The position numbers were made by a program, and so were the translations under genes. Below the pieces are notes generated by a model that saw nothing but the letters and a program-made list of their open reading frames with translations, ran no database searches and was not told the DNA's origin. From NCBI GenBank assembly GCA_053919585.1, contig CM132792.1: DNA of 64,000 nt, one strand, 5' to 3'. Shown here in pieces: positions 37,718-50,308 of this stretch. Within the stretch, counting starts at the first letter, position 1, and each line of letters starts with the position of its first letter. Source of the DNA: Euprymna scolopes (lineage: Eukaryota).

Positions 37718-37952
37718 TCGTCCTTTTATTTCTGACAAAAAAAGGGGGGGGAACCTAAAAAAGTCAAAATTTCTAAGGGCCTAAGCAAAAATAGAAAAAA
37801 ATCTGTACCGGAAGTCGTCTGACATGCGCAGAGCGTTTGTTTTCATTTGTTTCTTTTTCAAATGCGAGAGAGAAAAAAGTAGAAACGAAAGCGATAAGAA
37901 AAAGGTAAACAAAGTGGAGGCGGGGATTTCTTTTGCACCGCGACAAACGTAA

Positions 37953-38025
37953 GTTTTTTTGGTATTTGTGCAGTGTGCGAACCATGCTGAAATAATGTTA
38001 TTTAGGAAGCTATTCTTAACATCAG
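37953..38025 (+). repeat. Dispersed AT-rich repeat, further copies near 38365, 41430 and 42643
   Basis: Shared ttttggta(t/c)tt.tg.a.t.t..ga.cca..ctg.aa..ttatttag.aag...ttctt.acat. Confidence 0.75.
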
Positions 38026-38926
38026 GAGGGGCTTGTTAACAAATCTGCACTTTCATGTAATAATTTAATAAAAAAATACCACAAAATTGCAATTTAACTT
38101 TGAAATCCTATCTGAAATGTGACATGTTGCGTACACTGCAAAAACACTGACTTTTCTTTGAAATTGATTGTATATCTAATCGGTAAAAGAATTAAAAAAA
38201 GATACATAGGTATTCCTTCGTATAGTTGAATTAATGTATGAAAAAAATCTGCATTATTTGTTTATCGAATCTATGAATAAATAACAAATATAGGTAGATT
38301 TTCGTAAATGTAATGTTATGTCCGAAAAAGAAAAAGAAAAAAACCATGCAATCGGAACATTACAATTTTTGGTATTTATGTAATGTACGATCCATGCTGA
38401 AAGAATACTGTTATTTAGAAAGTCATTCTTAACATAGGGAGTTATTTGGAGAAAATAAACTTATCTCCAGGAAACAGGTGTATTAATTTAACGTAAAAAT
38501 ATTTAAATATACTTACAATATTGTATTGTAATGTCGATTGTCACTTAAATCGATGCGGGGTGGATTAACAAAAACTTTTTATGAAGTTTATTCTATTTAT
38601 TTATTTATTTATTTTTTTTTTTTTTTTAGAAAAGTTTATTTATTTAATTTTGTTTTAAAAGTAACGGGCAAAAGAACGTCTGTTTATGTTTGATTGATCG
38701 CTTTCGTGTCAACTGATCATGTGTTGTAATAGTATTGTAACTATTTTGATTGTAAGAAGTAGCAGATGACAATCTGACTATTTTGGCAGAATTTCTGCAG
38801 TGTAGGAATCGAACCTGATTACAATTTTTTTTTATTTATTATTATTTTTTACAAGTGGTGAGTAGTTAGTTTGTTCTTGAAAATTGAAGACGTGATGACT
38901 GATATTGGAGCGGGTCGGGCGGGGCA

Positions 38927-40084
38927 TCACATCTCGTCCTGACCGAAGTGAAAATCCTGGTCCTCTGTCTCTGGCATGTTGTCGCCTGTTGTTGCGGCAA
39001 GTGCTTGTGTTTGGGTGCGGGGTGGGTAACGGTATCTGCAATTTTGCTTAAAGCAGGGTAGGCCTCTGAGGTATCTCTGGCATACAGGGAAACCTACTGT
39101 TGGTCTGCGAGCTTCTTGATGTTGATCGGTTTTCTTGTGTGCGTCTATAAAGTTCGAGCGATTGCGTCCACTAGAGTGAGTGTGCATGTTTGTTACATGG
39201 TGAGGCTTTCTTTGGCTCAGGTAATGCTCTTGAGAGAGAAGTGCGGAGTCTTGGGAAGTGGTGACATCAGATTTTATGCCGCGATCCAGGTATCGCTGTG
39301 CTTCCGCCGCTATACCAGTTGCCGTATAGTGGTTGTCCATTGTTCTGACGAGGTGAGGGTAGATGTTTGTGTTCCATGCTTTCACCTTTTCACTCATAAG
39401 CATTGCGCCTATGATTGATATGAGTCCATCAACGGATAATTCGTTGTTTCTGTCCTTTCTGTGTTTTGCCTTGATGTGGACGGGCGCTTCCCTGAGCGGG
39501 GTTTCGAGTCGACCGGCAAAATCTGTTAGTTTTTCGCCGTCATGTCGTTCTAAGTCCCAGGCCTTGTTTAGATGTTGGAAGGTGGTCATTTGGCTGCTGT
39601 GGGTTGTTAGTAGATACTCCTTCAGGTTGTTGAAGGTGGATGTGTCTTGTGCAGAGTCCAGCATTTGCTGAAATATACCCTGGTCCAGCATGTCTTTCGC
39701 AAACTTGACAAATTCGCCCTCCAGACTTGGGTATGTTGTTACCTCCGGTAAGACATGTATTGCATATACTTTGGTGAGCGCTGATATGAATTGGTTTACG
39801 TCCTCTCCAGGGCGGAAGGGCTTCTGTTGTCTCATGGCGTCCCGAATTGTTTGCTGGTGTATTAGCATGCTGTAGTCGCTGCTTGTGTGAGGGGTGGTAG
39901 CTGTTGTTATTGCTGTTGATCTCAGGGTGGTTGTCATGGCATCTATGTCATTTCGGATCTCCTGAAGTGCCTCTTCCGACGGTTGTGTTGAGCCTGTCCT
40001 CAGATTGAATAGCAGATGCTTCTGTTCTTTGATTAGTGTGAATAGTTCCGACCGCGTGAAACCCTCGTAGCTGTCTGTACTCAT
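38927..40084 (-). CDS. Intact 385-aa gag-like ORF of an LTR retroelement (probably Gypsy)
   Basis: Starts just after ..TAACA and a PBS-like CGGTGTCAGAG (40096-40106). Capsid-like ERHDGEKLTDFAGRLE; ends CQRYLRGLPCFKQNC..QDFHFGQDEM. Confidence 0.65.
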   Translation of the reverse strand: MSTDSYEGFTRSELFTLIKEQKHLLFNLRTGSTQPSEEALQEIRNDIDAMTTTLRSTAITTATTPHTSSDYSMLIHQQTIRDAMRQQKPFRPGEDVNQFISALTKVYAIHVLPEVTTYPSLEGEFVKFAKDMLDQGIFQQMLDSAQDTSTFNNLKEYLLTTHSSQMTTFQHLNKAWDLERHDGEKLTDFAGRLETPLREAPVHIKAKHRKDRNNELSVDGLISIIGAMLMSEKVKAWNTNIYPHLVRTMDNHYTATGIAAEAQRYLDRGIKSDVTTSQDSALLSQEHYLSQRKPHHVTNMHTHSSGRNRSNFIDAHKKTDQHQEARRPTVGFPVCQRYLRGLPCFKQNCRYRYPPRTQTQALAATTGDNMPETEDQDFHFGQDEM

Positions 40085-40485
40085 CTTGCTGAACGCTCTG
40101 ACACCGGTTGTTATAGAATAACACGAGCGTATGGAAGCAAGGAGAACAAACGAAGTAATTCAGTTTGAACCTTTATTGAGGGTCAAGGTGAATAGGTATA
40201 TATCTTCAATCAGAGCTGGAACGGTCAGCTGGGCGTTAGGAAGGCCGGATTAGGGATCCAGGTGTTAGAGAGGTTGGAGTCTTGGCCTGATCATGATCGG
40301 ACAGGTACAGGGGCCTAGATGCTGGTACGGTCTAGGGATGACGACCGGGACTGGAATAGGAGGAGTATCGCCACCGCTGTTGCCACTAAGGAGTCGCTGG
40401 GACGAGTTGGGGTTCACTGGTGGTATTCCTCAAGGGAACAAACAGTGATAGGTGACTAGGCACTTTTGAATTAACTGCTGTCGCT

Positions 40486-40625
40486 GAGAGGGGAACTGCT
40501 GCTGCTGCTGGAAAGAGTTGAGGGGAACGGCTGTGGCTGCTGCTGCTGCAAAGAGTTGAGGGGAACAGCTGTGGCTGCTGCTGCTGCTGGAAAGAGCTGA
40601 AGGGAACTGGTGTGGCTGCTGCTGA
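40486..40625. repeat. Minisatellite, about 4 units of 32-41 bp (GAGGGGAAC..(GCT)n..AAAGAGTT)
   Basis: Direct reading; lies in the presumed LTR upstream of the gag ORF. Confidence 0.85.
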
Positions 40626-41724
40626 TACCGTTAGCGAGGCGATCTGCTCTGGTCAGCAATCTGCTGGTAACTGCCTTTTTTCTCTGACGGTCGGCTTATT
40701 TATACAGCAAGTGCGGGCCTAGTAAGAAGCATAGCGGCTCCAGAGTCAAAATGGCCGTCATATTTTTTATTTATGTTAGTTTTTTGTAATCAACCACACA
40801 TCGGTGATTCACTTATTTGGAGGTATATTCAATTGTATATATCCAATCAAAGCTGTAAACATTGCGAATCAGTTTATGTAGGAATCACGTCGCGACCGTA
40901 CTCCGTGACCTAAATATTTATGTTTGAAGTACATGTGAGAGGGGTTGTCAGGTGTATTATTAATATTTCCACTCCTAATTTAGTTGACGCCGTTAATGTG
41001 TTTCCTGCCCGGATGATTTGCGGGTTATGCTGTTGATGTGGGAGTGGATGTGTTTTGACACCTCGATGTGTATTTAATACGGCTCTGAACATTTTGCCGA
41101 CAAACAACATTTGTCTCTGCGCCGCCATTGTTGATCCATCGTTCCTCCTCGTTCCGTGCTTTGTTTATGTAACTGTGTGGGGATTTTGCGATATAGCAGT
41201 CTTATCAACAAAAATAATTATTCTACTGTAAATGAAGTGTCGTAGTTAACTGAGCACGTGCATTTCTACAATAGATGTAAAATAGAAAATGCCTGATACA
41301 TTTTAATCGATTCTGTATATATTTTTTTTGTTTAGAAATAAACCTGTATTTTGAGATGGCAAAATGTGTGTGTTAAAAAAATATCAGAAAAATTAAAAAT
41401 AATAAAAACGCATGCAAGTGGGACGTTAGAATTTTTGGTACTTATGCAATGTACGAACCATACTGAAAGACTTATTTAGAAAGCCGTTCTTAACATGGGG
41501 AGGGAGGCTTTTTGACTATTTTGCACTTTCATGTAACACTATAATAAATAAAAAGGTACCATAAAAGTTTAATGTAACTTGGAAATCCTATCTGAATATA
41601 TAACACGGTGCGAACACTGTAAAAATAAAAAATGTTTCTTTGAAAGTAATAATTGTTTATCTCATCGGGCAAAGAATAATAACCAAAACATAGTATGTCT
41701 CTTTTATTTTAATTTTATTGAAGG

Positions 41725-42570
41725 AAAAAAAGAAAATAAAAGGGAAAAGATTGGGGTTTAAAGTTCAATTTCACTTGGTAACATAGACTGTTCATGTGAG
41801 CTTAAGACACACATAAAATTTGCTGCAAAATATACTTCTATCGTGCTAGCCCAAAGGCAGGATTAACTTTGTCGGAAGAGTATAAGTCAGAATAGAAAAA
41901 AAATAGAGAATAAAAGAACTTACTTAAAAAATATATTTTGATAGTTTAAAGAACAGAGAGAAATTATATAAATGTTCTTTTTCTTCTACTGCTGAATTGT
42001 CTCCCTGGGACTGTTTTTTTTTTTTTTTTTTGTTTTTTTTTACACACAACGCATATATATTTTTTATTGGCTCCTCGGATCGCTTCCAGACTCTGGTGTG
42101 CTTCTCATATAGAAGAACAGTAACAGTATCCTGTTTTCTTAGAATACTAAGCTTGTAGAAAGCGCTTTGTTCTAGTTCGTTGACTTAACAGCTTTTCATT
42201 TCGAACGTTAGAAGTTTTTTTCCTTGTGTTTAAACTTCTCACAATATTCTCTTGATTTGTAGACTTTTCTTTCTCTGTGCACATTTATCCTTTAAGGACT
42301 CACACGGTCCTCTTGTTTTCACTTGATTTTTAGGACTTATCTGTCCGAGTTCAGCTCAACAGCATAGGTCTGGACCGCTCGAGATCTCAGCTGCAACTAA
42401 ATTAATTTGGTTTGATTTGCAACCTTTTCTGACAAAAAAATCCCTCGTCCAATGGACACAGAAAAACAGTCACGTGTCAGCAGCAGCAGCAGCACTTCCA
42501 ACATCATAGAAGAAAGGGGCTGGGAAGAAGAAGGAAAGAAGAAAGAAATAGTCTAAAATAAATTCTGACA
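41725..42570 (-). repeat. Truncated solo LTR, diverged direct copy of 43630-44456
   Basis: About 850 bp of colinear similarity, both copies ending aataaattctgaca. Confidence 0.85.
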
Positions 42571-43075
42571 TTTTAAGGTAACGAATAAAATGCTTAATTT
42601 TCATAAAAATTAAAAGAAACACACACATTCAAAAACGTAAGAATTTTTTGGTATTTGTGCAATATATGAACCATGCTGGAATAATGTTATTATTTAGGAA
42701 GTCATTCTTTACATGAGGAGAGGCTTGTTAACAAATCTGAACGTTCACATAACAATTTTTAAAAAAGGTGCCATAAAAATAATGTAACTTTGAGATCTTA
42801 ACTGTCATGTAATACACGAAAAAAAAAAAGAAAGAAAAGAATATTTATTTGAAATTAAAAATTGTTTTCATCTTATCGATAAAAGAATACAAAAAAGATA
42901 TGCATGTATATTTGAATTGTTGTATATAATGTTTATAAAAAAAAAAACAATAAAAAAACGCACGCTATCGGAAACATTAAGCTTTTTAATGTTTGAAAGT
43001 GATATCTGGTTGTCTAATCGATAAATAAATCTTTTATCAGAGATTGATTGGTTATGTAATTTGCATCACTACTCT

Positions 43076-43205
43076 CTGAATATACGACAACAAAGTTTCC
43101 CTGAATATACGACAACAAAGTTTCCCCGAATATGCGACAACAAAGTTTCCCCGAATATGCGACAACAAAGTTTCTCTGAATATACGACAACAAAGTTTCT
43201 CTGAA
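43076..43205. repeat. 25-bp tandem repeat x5 (GAATATACGACAACAAAGTTTCCCT)
   Basis: Direct reading. Confidence 0.93.
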
Positions 43206-43533
43206 TGTTCCTTGTGGTTTCTCGCATGATTTTTAGGATTCTTTCAATGCTCTTCTGGCTGGTGTTTCTTTGTCTAAAACATAGATGTCCAACCAAATAT
43301 TAATGATCTGCAATTGGTTTGGTACTTCAGGGTTCTTGTTAACCAAGTCTTCTTGTGTAGCAAAGTGTTGGTAATTTTTTTTTGGTCATTGTATACTTAA
43401 TATTCTCTGAAGGAATTGTGTTCATGTCATCCACTTTCAAGCTTAGCTTGATGATTAAAGTCAAGTTAACTTTTGTAGAGGAAATAGTCTCCCACATAAT
43501 TGTTACATTTGTTTCTCAACTGTTTTGCTTTAG

Positions 43534-44456
43534 TGTCACAAATTAACTTTGTAACAGTTAATATCGACGTACATAAAACTTTTGCCTTGACTACTAATGA
43601 GGGATGAAAAAATAAAAACAATGCAATTTAAAGAAAAAAATAAATAAAAAGGAAAAGATTTAAATTCAAGTTCGCTTGGCAACATAGACTGTTCATGTGA
43701 GCTTAAACCCACATAAAATTTGCTGCAAAATACAGTCCTATGTTGCAAGCCCAAAGTCAGGTTAACTTTGTCGGAAGAGTATAAGTCAGAATAAAAAAAG
43801 AGAGAATAAAGAACTTACTTGAAATAGATATTTTGACAGTTTAAAGAACAGAGAAATTATTTAAATGTTCCCCTGTTTTTTACTGCTGAATTGTCTCCCT
43901 TGGACTGTATTTATTTTCTTTACACACCACGCATATAATTTTTTATCGGCTCCTTGTTAGGGGATTAGTTCCTTTTGTTGCAAACAGGGACTCTGGTTGC
44001 TTCCAGACTCCCAGCCGTACTTCTCACATAGAAGAACATTAACAGTATTTTTTCTTAGAACACTAAGCTGGTAGAAAATGCTCTGTTCTAGTTCGTTTTT
44101 CATTCCGAACGTTAGATTTTTCCTTGTGTTTAAACTTCTCTCAATACTCTCATGATTTGTAGACTTTTCTGTCTCTGTGCACCTTTATCCTTTAAGGACT
44201 CACATGGTCCTCTTTTCTTGTTTTCACTTGAGTTCAGCACAACAGCATAGGTCTGGACCCCTCGAGATCTCGGCTGCAACTAAATTAATTTGGTTTGATT
44301 TGCAACTTTTTTTGGCAGAAAAATCCCTCGTCCAATGGACGCACAGAAAAACAGTCACGTGTCAGCAGCGGCGGCTCTTCTAACATCATAGAAGAAAGGG
44401 GCAGGGAAGAAGGAAAGAAAGAGGAAGAAAGAAATAGTCTCAAATAAATTCTGACA
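43534..44456 (-). repeat. 3' LTR of BEL copy 3
   Basis: Purine tract GGGAGAG directly before TGTCAG on minus at 44456; distal end uncertain (43501 or 43534). Confidence 0.7.
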
Positions 44457-46530
44457 CTCTCCCGAACAAAAAAAGAAAAAGAAAAAATAAATCACTTTAC
44501 AGTCATTAATAGTAAACAAACTCGGGATTTTGTTCCTTAACAGATCTCCTAGTTCTAATAGGCTTAGAGCTCTTAATTCTATTATCATTCGTTTTACTGC
44601 ACGAATTCATCTCCTTATTAGGTTTCACTTGAAACGATTGAGAAATAGACAATTCAATAGGATACAGGTGTTTTATAGAATGCTCGTTATACGTTTCTCC
44701 CTTCTTGATCAAGGCAGAATGAACAATTCCGTCAGACCCCTGAGTAAGCTTAACAACTCTACCTAGCTTCCAATAAGGCCTAGGTTTGACGAGATTCTTA
44801 ACTAAGACAATATAATCAACCTTTATTTTGTTACTAAATTCTGTTTGATGCAAATCCTTAGACAATTCTCTTAGGCTTAGCAAATATTGCTCATACCACA
44901 ACGATTTAAACTTGACTAGGAGGGTCTCCCTACTTTTTTAAACTTTCGATTAAATTTATTCTATTTGGGGGTACTTCCAAAAAAGAGTCATCTTCAAGGT
45001 TTCCTGGAGAAAAACGCATAAAGGCACTAGGGGAGATAACTTCCAGAGAAGCATCATCGCTACATCGATAAGTTAATGGTCTATCATTTACAGATCTTTG
45101 TATGTCTGATAAAATAGTTTACAGTTGAAGATAATTTAACCTCTTGCGACCTATTGCTTTGAATAGACAACACTTGATAGTTTTTATTAGCCTTTCCCAT
45201 ATTGCGCCGAACCACGAAGAATACGAGGGAATTCTACAGTGTTTTATATTACATATATCCATATCTCCTCTAAATTCATCAGAAAGAAGGACTTTTTTCA
45301 CCAAGTCGCACTCAGCAACAAAGGATAATGCGTTGTCTAAGTATATGTATGAAGGCACACCATATATATTGAAAAACCTTAAAAAGACTAATACTTCAGA
45401 TTGGGTACTCATTTCTTCAACCAACTCTACATGTACAGCTCGCACACTAAGGAAGTGAAGAGTAATATGTACTTCTTTTTTACTTTACTACCGTCCTCCA
45501 CCCATAGGTGACCCATGAAATCTATACCCGTGTGGTAAAATGGTCTAATAAGATTGACTCTGTGCTTGGGCAGATTAGTCATCTTAAGATAACGAAAAGA
45601 CAAAGAATTAAACTTCTTACATATCATACAACTGGCAAGAACAATTTTGTTCTGCCTGGCCTTGGGTAACCAAAACCCAGAATTGCGTACTTTGTCAAGC
45701 GTGGCAGCAATTCCCAAATGCTTGCATTTTGTGTGACACTCCATCACCAACAAACTCGTTAAGTGGCAAACTTTACGTAACAGTATAGGATTTTTTTACA
45801 TCTTCAGAAAAATATTCAGTGTTTTCAATACGACCCCAACAACGTAACAAATCATTGTCGTCCAAAAACAGGTTCAACTTACTCAGCAACAGGGAAATTT
45901 TACACTCGTTTTTGCTTTTAAGAAAGCGTTTTTCTTCATCGAAGAACTCACTCTGAGTAGCCTTAATCAAATAGGACTTTGCCTCAGAGGAAAAATATAC
46001 ATCTTGCTTATCGCCCTTTAACCGGGCAATAAATTTAAACACGATCTTCAAGGTACCTATCAACCTTTTGAGAGAAGAAAATTTTTCTAACTCTATTACA
46101 CAAGGTGAGTTAGACTCCTTTTCCAAACTGGTGTACGCAGTCACCATGGTTCTACATTTGTTGCTAATGCATTCCAACTTATAGTCAGGCCACTTCAAAC
46201 TTCCTGTTTGCAACCAAGCTGGACCTTTCATCATCCAAAAATCTTTCTCCTTCTCAAACTTATTAGAGGAAACACCTCTAGTTAACAAGTCTGCAGGGTT
46301 CTCACTAGAACTCACATACTTGAACTTTAAAGTATAACCCTTGCAACTTATTTCATTTATAATGAATTTTATGCCTTTAAATGATTTCTAGTGAATTGGC
46401 ATTTTGTGATTTCAGGCAACAACCAAGATAATACTACTTGTACATCAACAGTAATGATAATTTCCCTAAACAGATTGGAAAACATCTTAATTAAAATAAG
46501 CACATGTTTAACTCCTAAGTATACAGCTAG
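44457..46530 (-). mobile_element. BEL/Pao copy 3, RNase H-integrase remnant (AT-rich, different family)
   Basis: ENPADLLTRG, H..H..C..C, GIDFMG, RAVHVELV, YLDNALSF, GAIWERLI, WYEQYLLSLRE, WKLGRV, HLYPIE. Confidence 0.88.
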
Positions 46531-46531
46531 C

Positions 46532-46882
46532 AATCAGGTGAACGTGGTGCCCATTCCGAACCAAGCTGTGGAAAAACTTGGTTAAGGTAGTCTCTTACTC
46601 TAGACGTATAATGTGGTGGTGCTCAATCCTGCTGAAAGAAATGTTCATCAAAGTCAGGTTTAGTTCTGAGTTGTGGTACTACTACTTCACAAAACATGTC
46701 CAGGTAGTTCTCCCCATTTACAGGTCCATTAAAAAAAAAAAAACAGGCCCAAGCTGATATGTAAATTAGATCTATACTCTGTGGAGTATTTTATATTGCT
46801 TGTACATTTTAATTAGCAAGTACCTTCAACGATATAAAATGTAGTTTAATAACTGTAAACCTACTTTTGGGTCCCCCTGTAT
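46532..46882 (-). mobile_element. Mariner transposase fragment with possible terminus
   Basis: Minus translation VNGENYLDMF..FFQQD*APPHY..VRDYLNQVFP..WAPRSPD; GGGTCCCCCTG-TA at 46870-46882. Confidence 0.75.
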
Positions 46883-48100
46883 ATATATATCATAATTTAG
46901 TAATTTATATTATGATATATATGTGTAAAATCATAATCTAGTAATTTAAATTTTATGTGAAATGGTTAAATTTCAAATCTAGAATTTTTATTACATGCAA
47001 GACAAAGAATACATTTCAATACGTATATTTCCTTAACCTATAGATTTTCGATGTTTACCCATCTCGTCAGGGGGAAAAAATATTAGCAAATATTATAAAT
47101 GGTTTATACCTAATTTGCTAAAAAGAAAATCATAATTAAGTTTTTAAATCGTAGAGTAAGGGAAATTAGATATTAGTTCAGAATAGAAAGGATATTGAAC
47201 TTCATATCCAAATGGTAAAAGTGAGAGTTTTTAGTAGCAGGGAGGTAAAAGGATCCAATGTGTATCGTAATTCTTCCAAGGCACCAAGTAACAATCCGAA
47301 GTAGGCACGATTCCTTGGTTTCTCCCTTGGTTAGATGAGATATCCGCTAAATATTTGATTATATCAATCCGGTGAAGATGGGTTTTTTTTTTTTTTTTAA
47401 TAAACATCTAATTTTTTATAGTTTTTTAATATATGTTTCATAATCCACTCCAAGTGTAATATCAATTTGTGAATAAAAACACGATTTTTGGAGACAGATA
47501 AAATAAAATCAATAAAATAAAAGGAATTGCTTAACAAAGCCAAGCAAAATAGACATTAAAAATGTCAGCTTTAGTGATTAAAATTATGTTTTTACTAAAG
47601 TATGTATGTGTGTGTGTGTAATTTCTTTTATTAGGGGTAAGCAGTTACATATGGTCGCTACAAATAGCCATCTGTTTCAGTCAAAGATGTGGAGGAGTGC
47701 TTTGTGGTTCAAGAGTATTAAGAAACTCAGTTGGATAATTTATAATCTCTTACTGCGAGCAAATGCTATCAAAAGAATTATATAATTTGTTTTCTTCTGG
47801 AAATCTATGTAAAAGCTTGTTATTCATTTCATTAAGTCATTTTTGGGTGCCAAAAGCGCTTGTTCACAGAGCCATTTGATATCCATATACTGATTATGAA
47901 GATTTGAAAAACTCTTGTAATCAATTCTTCCTCTGTTTGAAGTATTTGAAAGGGTAACTGAATTTTGTTATCGGAATCCTTTTCGAATAGGCCATCATCT
48001 ACTTTTAAAAGCTGAGTAAAAAATTCGTTTTTTTTTTTTTTTTTTTTTTTTTCCAGATTAGGTCCACCTCCACAGTTTTCTTTTAAATGACGGCTTTTAT

Positions 48101-49591
48101 AGGTTTTCGACTATGCTGAATACGAATATCGCATTGAAATTTTGCAGAAATAAGTAGTTCTCGAGATATAAAAAGTTGTATTAGGCATTGTGTTCTTCGG
48201 CGGCCATTTTTGTTACGCGCGAGCCATAAACAAATCTACTGAGACTGCCGCCTACCGGAAACACATTTCTGGGATTGCCCCTCCCCCTACCACGTAGCGG
48301 AAAAATCCACTGTTCTGAAAGTAATAATCATTGTTTTGTGGGTTTTTTTTTCCCCCAACCAATAATTTAAATGAAATATTGAAAATATAAATTTAATAAA
48401 ATTTTGGAATTAAAGCAACATTGGAGTTTTTATAAAATAGAACTTTTTTTTTTTTCCAAACAAATAAATAATTTAAACGAAAATCAACACTGAAAAGCGC
48501 CATGCGTTACTTTACTGCTCATGGTTCTCTGAACCATGTGTATACATTTTGGAAGCGTTGACTGAAAAACTTGTAGTAACTTCGACTTATCACTTTCACT
48601 TCTGATAAAGAGGTATCTAGCCAAGTACTGATTCATGTATTGTGATCGAATGCCAGGCCTTTTCACCCACTCTTTTAGGTCTCACCACAGGCGGTCAATA
48701 TTCTGTGTGTGAATATTTGGGTTTTCTTTATCGACGAAATTTTTTGAATGATTAACAATGTGGTGCGTATAATTCTGGCTGAAGTTATTGTAAGCTTTCC
48801 AGGAGTCGCTGTAGATAATCGAACCTGGTAGAACAAATTTTCTTATTAACCGACCAAGCGTCTCCTCGTTTCTTCGTTCATTGGGGCCTGTCAAAGCGAC
48901 CACAAAACGCTTTTTGGACTTTCTTTCGATGCCCCCAAAAAGCCAAATTTGACTAAGTGTTCTACCTCGGTTGTATTTGCTTCTCACGATTAAGGTTTCG
49001 TCAATTTCAACTTCAATATCTTGGCCTCCTATTGGGTCTTGATTTTGCAGCCAGTTACCGCAAACTTCAGAGCAGAAAGATCTCCAGTCAGCCAGTTACC
49101 GCAAACTTCAGAGCAGAAAGATCTCCAGTCAACAGCGGAACAGCTAGAGATGTCAAGATTTTCCATGACAGTTTTGTCATCCCACAGGTTACTTAAGAAA
49201 TGGTTAACAAATAGGATAATCTTCCAGCACTCCATGCGTGTTTGGTCCAGAAAAGTTCCTTTCGCATCGCTTATACTGAAGCCGCACTATTTTCTTTTTT
49301 TTTCTATATGGCTCTATACAATAATTGGTGCATCGCCATAAACATTTATCCTCCCTGTATGAACAAGGTTGCTTACATTTAGGGCATGTTACACTTTTTG
49401 ATAACACACCATGTTCTCTAAGGAAATTTCTACTCTTTTCTTCTTGTAACAGGAACCCATAAATTGTAAGAAAGTACTTGTTACAGCACATGTCACAAGT
49501 TTCTGTGGTAGAACTCATTGTCAGCTATTATTTTTATGAAAGAAAAAACAATTAAATTCTTATGATAAAAAATGTGCAAAAAATGTCCTGC

Positions 49592-49634
<43 letters not shown>

Positions 49635-49922
49635 AAGTGAACAAAAAAAAGAAATGAAATTCTTATAAAAAGAAAATGTGAAAAAGTGTTAGTGGTGTTC
49701 TGTATGAAGCGGTGTAACTGTTCAGGCCAAAAAATCTTTGGGGTGTGAATTTGGTTTATGCAGGCTTGTTTACGCATGCATGTGTACGTAAACAAGCCGT
49801 ATCAGATATTCTTGTGCACATGGCCATGTGAAATTCTATAATACAGGTCTTTTTTATCTCGCAAATTACTTTTTTCTTTAAAATTTAAATGAGATTTTCG
49901 TCTTCAGCATAGTCGAAAATCC
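48101..49922 (-). mobile_element. Merlin (ISXO2/IS1595-like) DNA transposon, decayed
   Basis: CPKC..WRC Zn ribbon, VEIDET..KYNRGR, WLFGGIER, IYSDSWKAY, VNHSKNFV, HTQNIDRLW, YLARYLF. Imperfect inverted repeats of about 65 bp at 48101-48167 and 49856-49922. No TSD found. Confidence 0.88.
49048..49129. repeat. Perfect 41-bp tandem duplication frameshifting the Merlin ORF
   Basis: cagccagttaccgcaaacttcagagcagaaagatctccagt x2. Confidence 0.95.
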
Positions 49923-50284
49923 AATTAAGTCACAATTTGTGGATTGTTCCTATTTACAATGCCTCCCCACGGGGCAGAGTCAGACACCAGGGTCGTTTTG
50001 TAACGTGGAGAAAAGGAACAAAAATAAAATTGTCTCAGTCGAAAAGGATTTATCCCCCACTGACAAAGAACAAGAAATTGAAATGCAGCATCTGAAGAAC
50101 AGATGGTATTTATTTGCTCCCCCACCGAGCAAATTAGGCACAAGGCCAATTTTTAATGTGAGGAGTGAAGGGAGGGGGAAGGGAAAAAGGGGACCAGCTC
50201 CCGAGAGGTGGGAAATGGAAGCTGGTTAAAGGTCAGGTATGTGGGGTTGCCCCCACATCTGGTTTTTGCTTGCAGTATCTGCCG

Positions 50285-50308
50285 GAACAGATACTACACT
50301 TTGATCTT
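50285..50308 (-). ncRNA. U2 snRNA 5'-region fragment (24 nt), not a full gene
   Basis: AAGATCAAAGTGTAGTATCTGTTC contains the U2 branch-point pairing region GTAGTA. Confidence 0.78.

Larger units (their letters stand above)
36225..37730 (-). mobile_element. Gypsy remnant 2 (gag-protease) with an internal inversion
   Basis: Minus: CWYHQNFGNQARKC and FLVDTGAAISVIP. Plus 37099-37588: LTR end, PBS and gag N-terminus IQLPPYNVINTRSWFIQLEAIF. Confidence 0.88.

Noticed and set aside
43076-43205. CRISPR-like array
   Set aside because: The units are contiguous with no unique spacers, there are no cas genes, and the context is eukaryotic. The same applies to 17048-17180 and 40486-40625.
50285-50308. 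Functional U2 snRNA gene
   Set aside because: Only 24 nt match; the 5' end, Sm site and 3' stems are absent.
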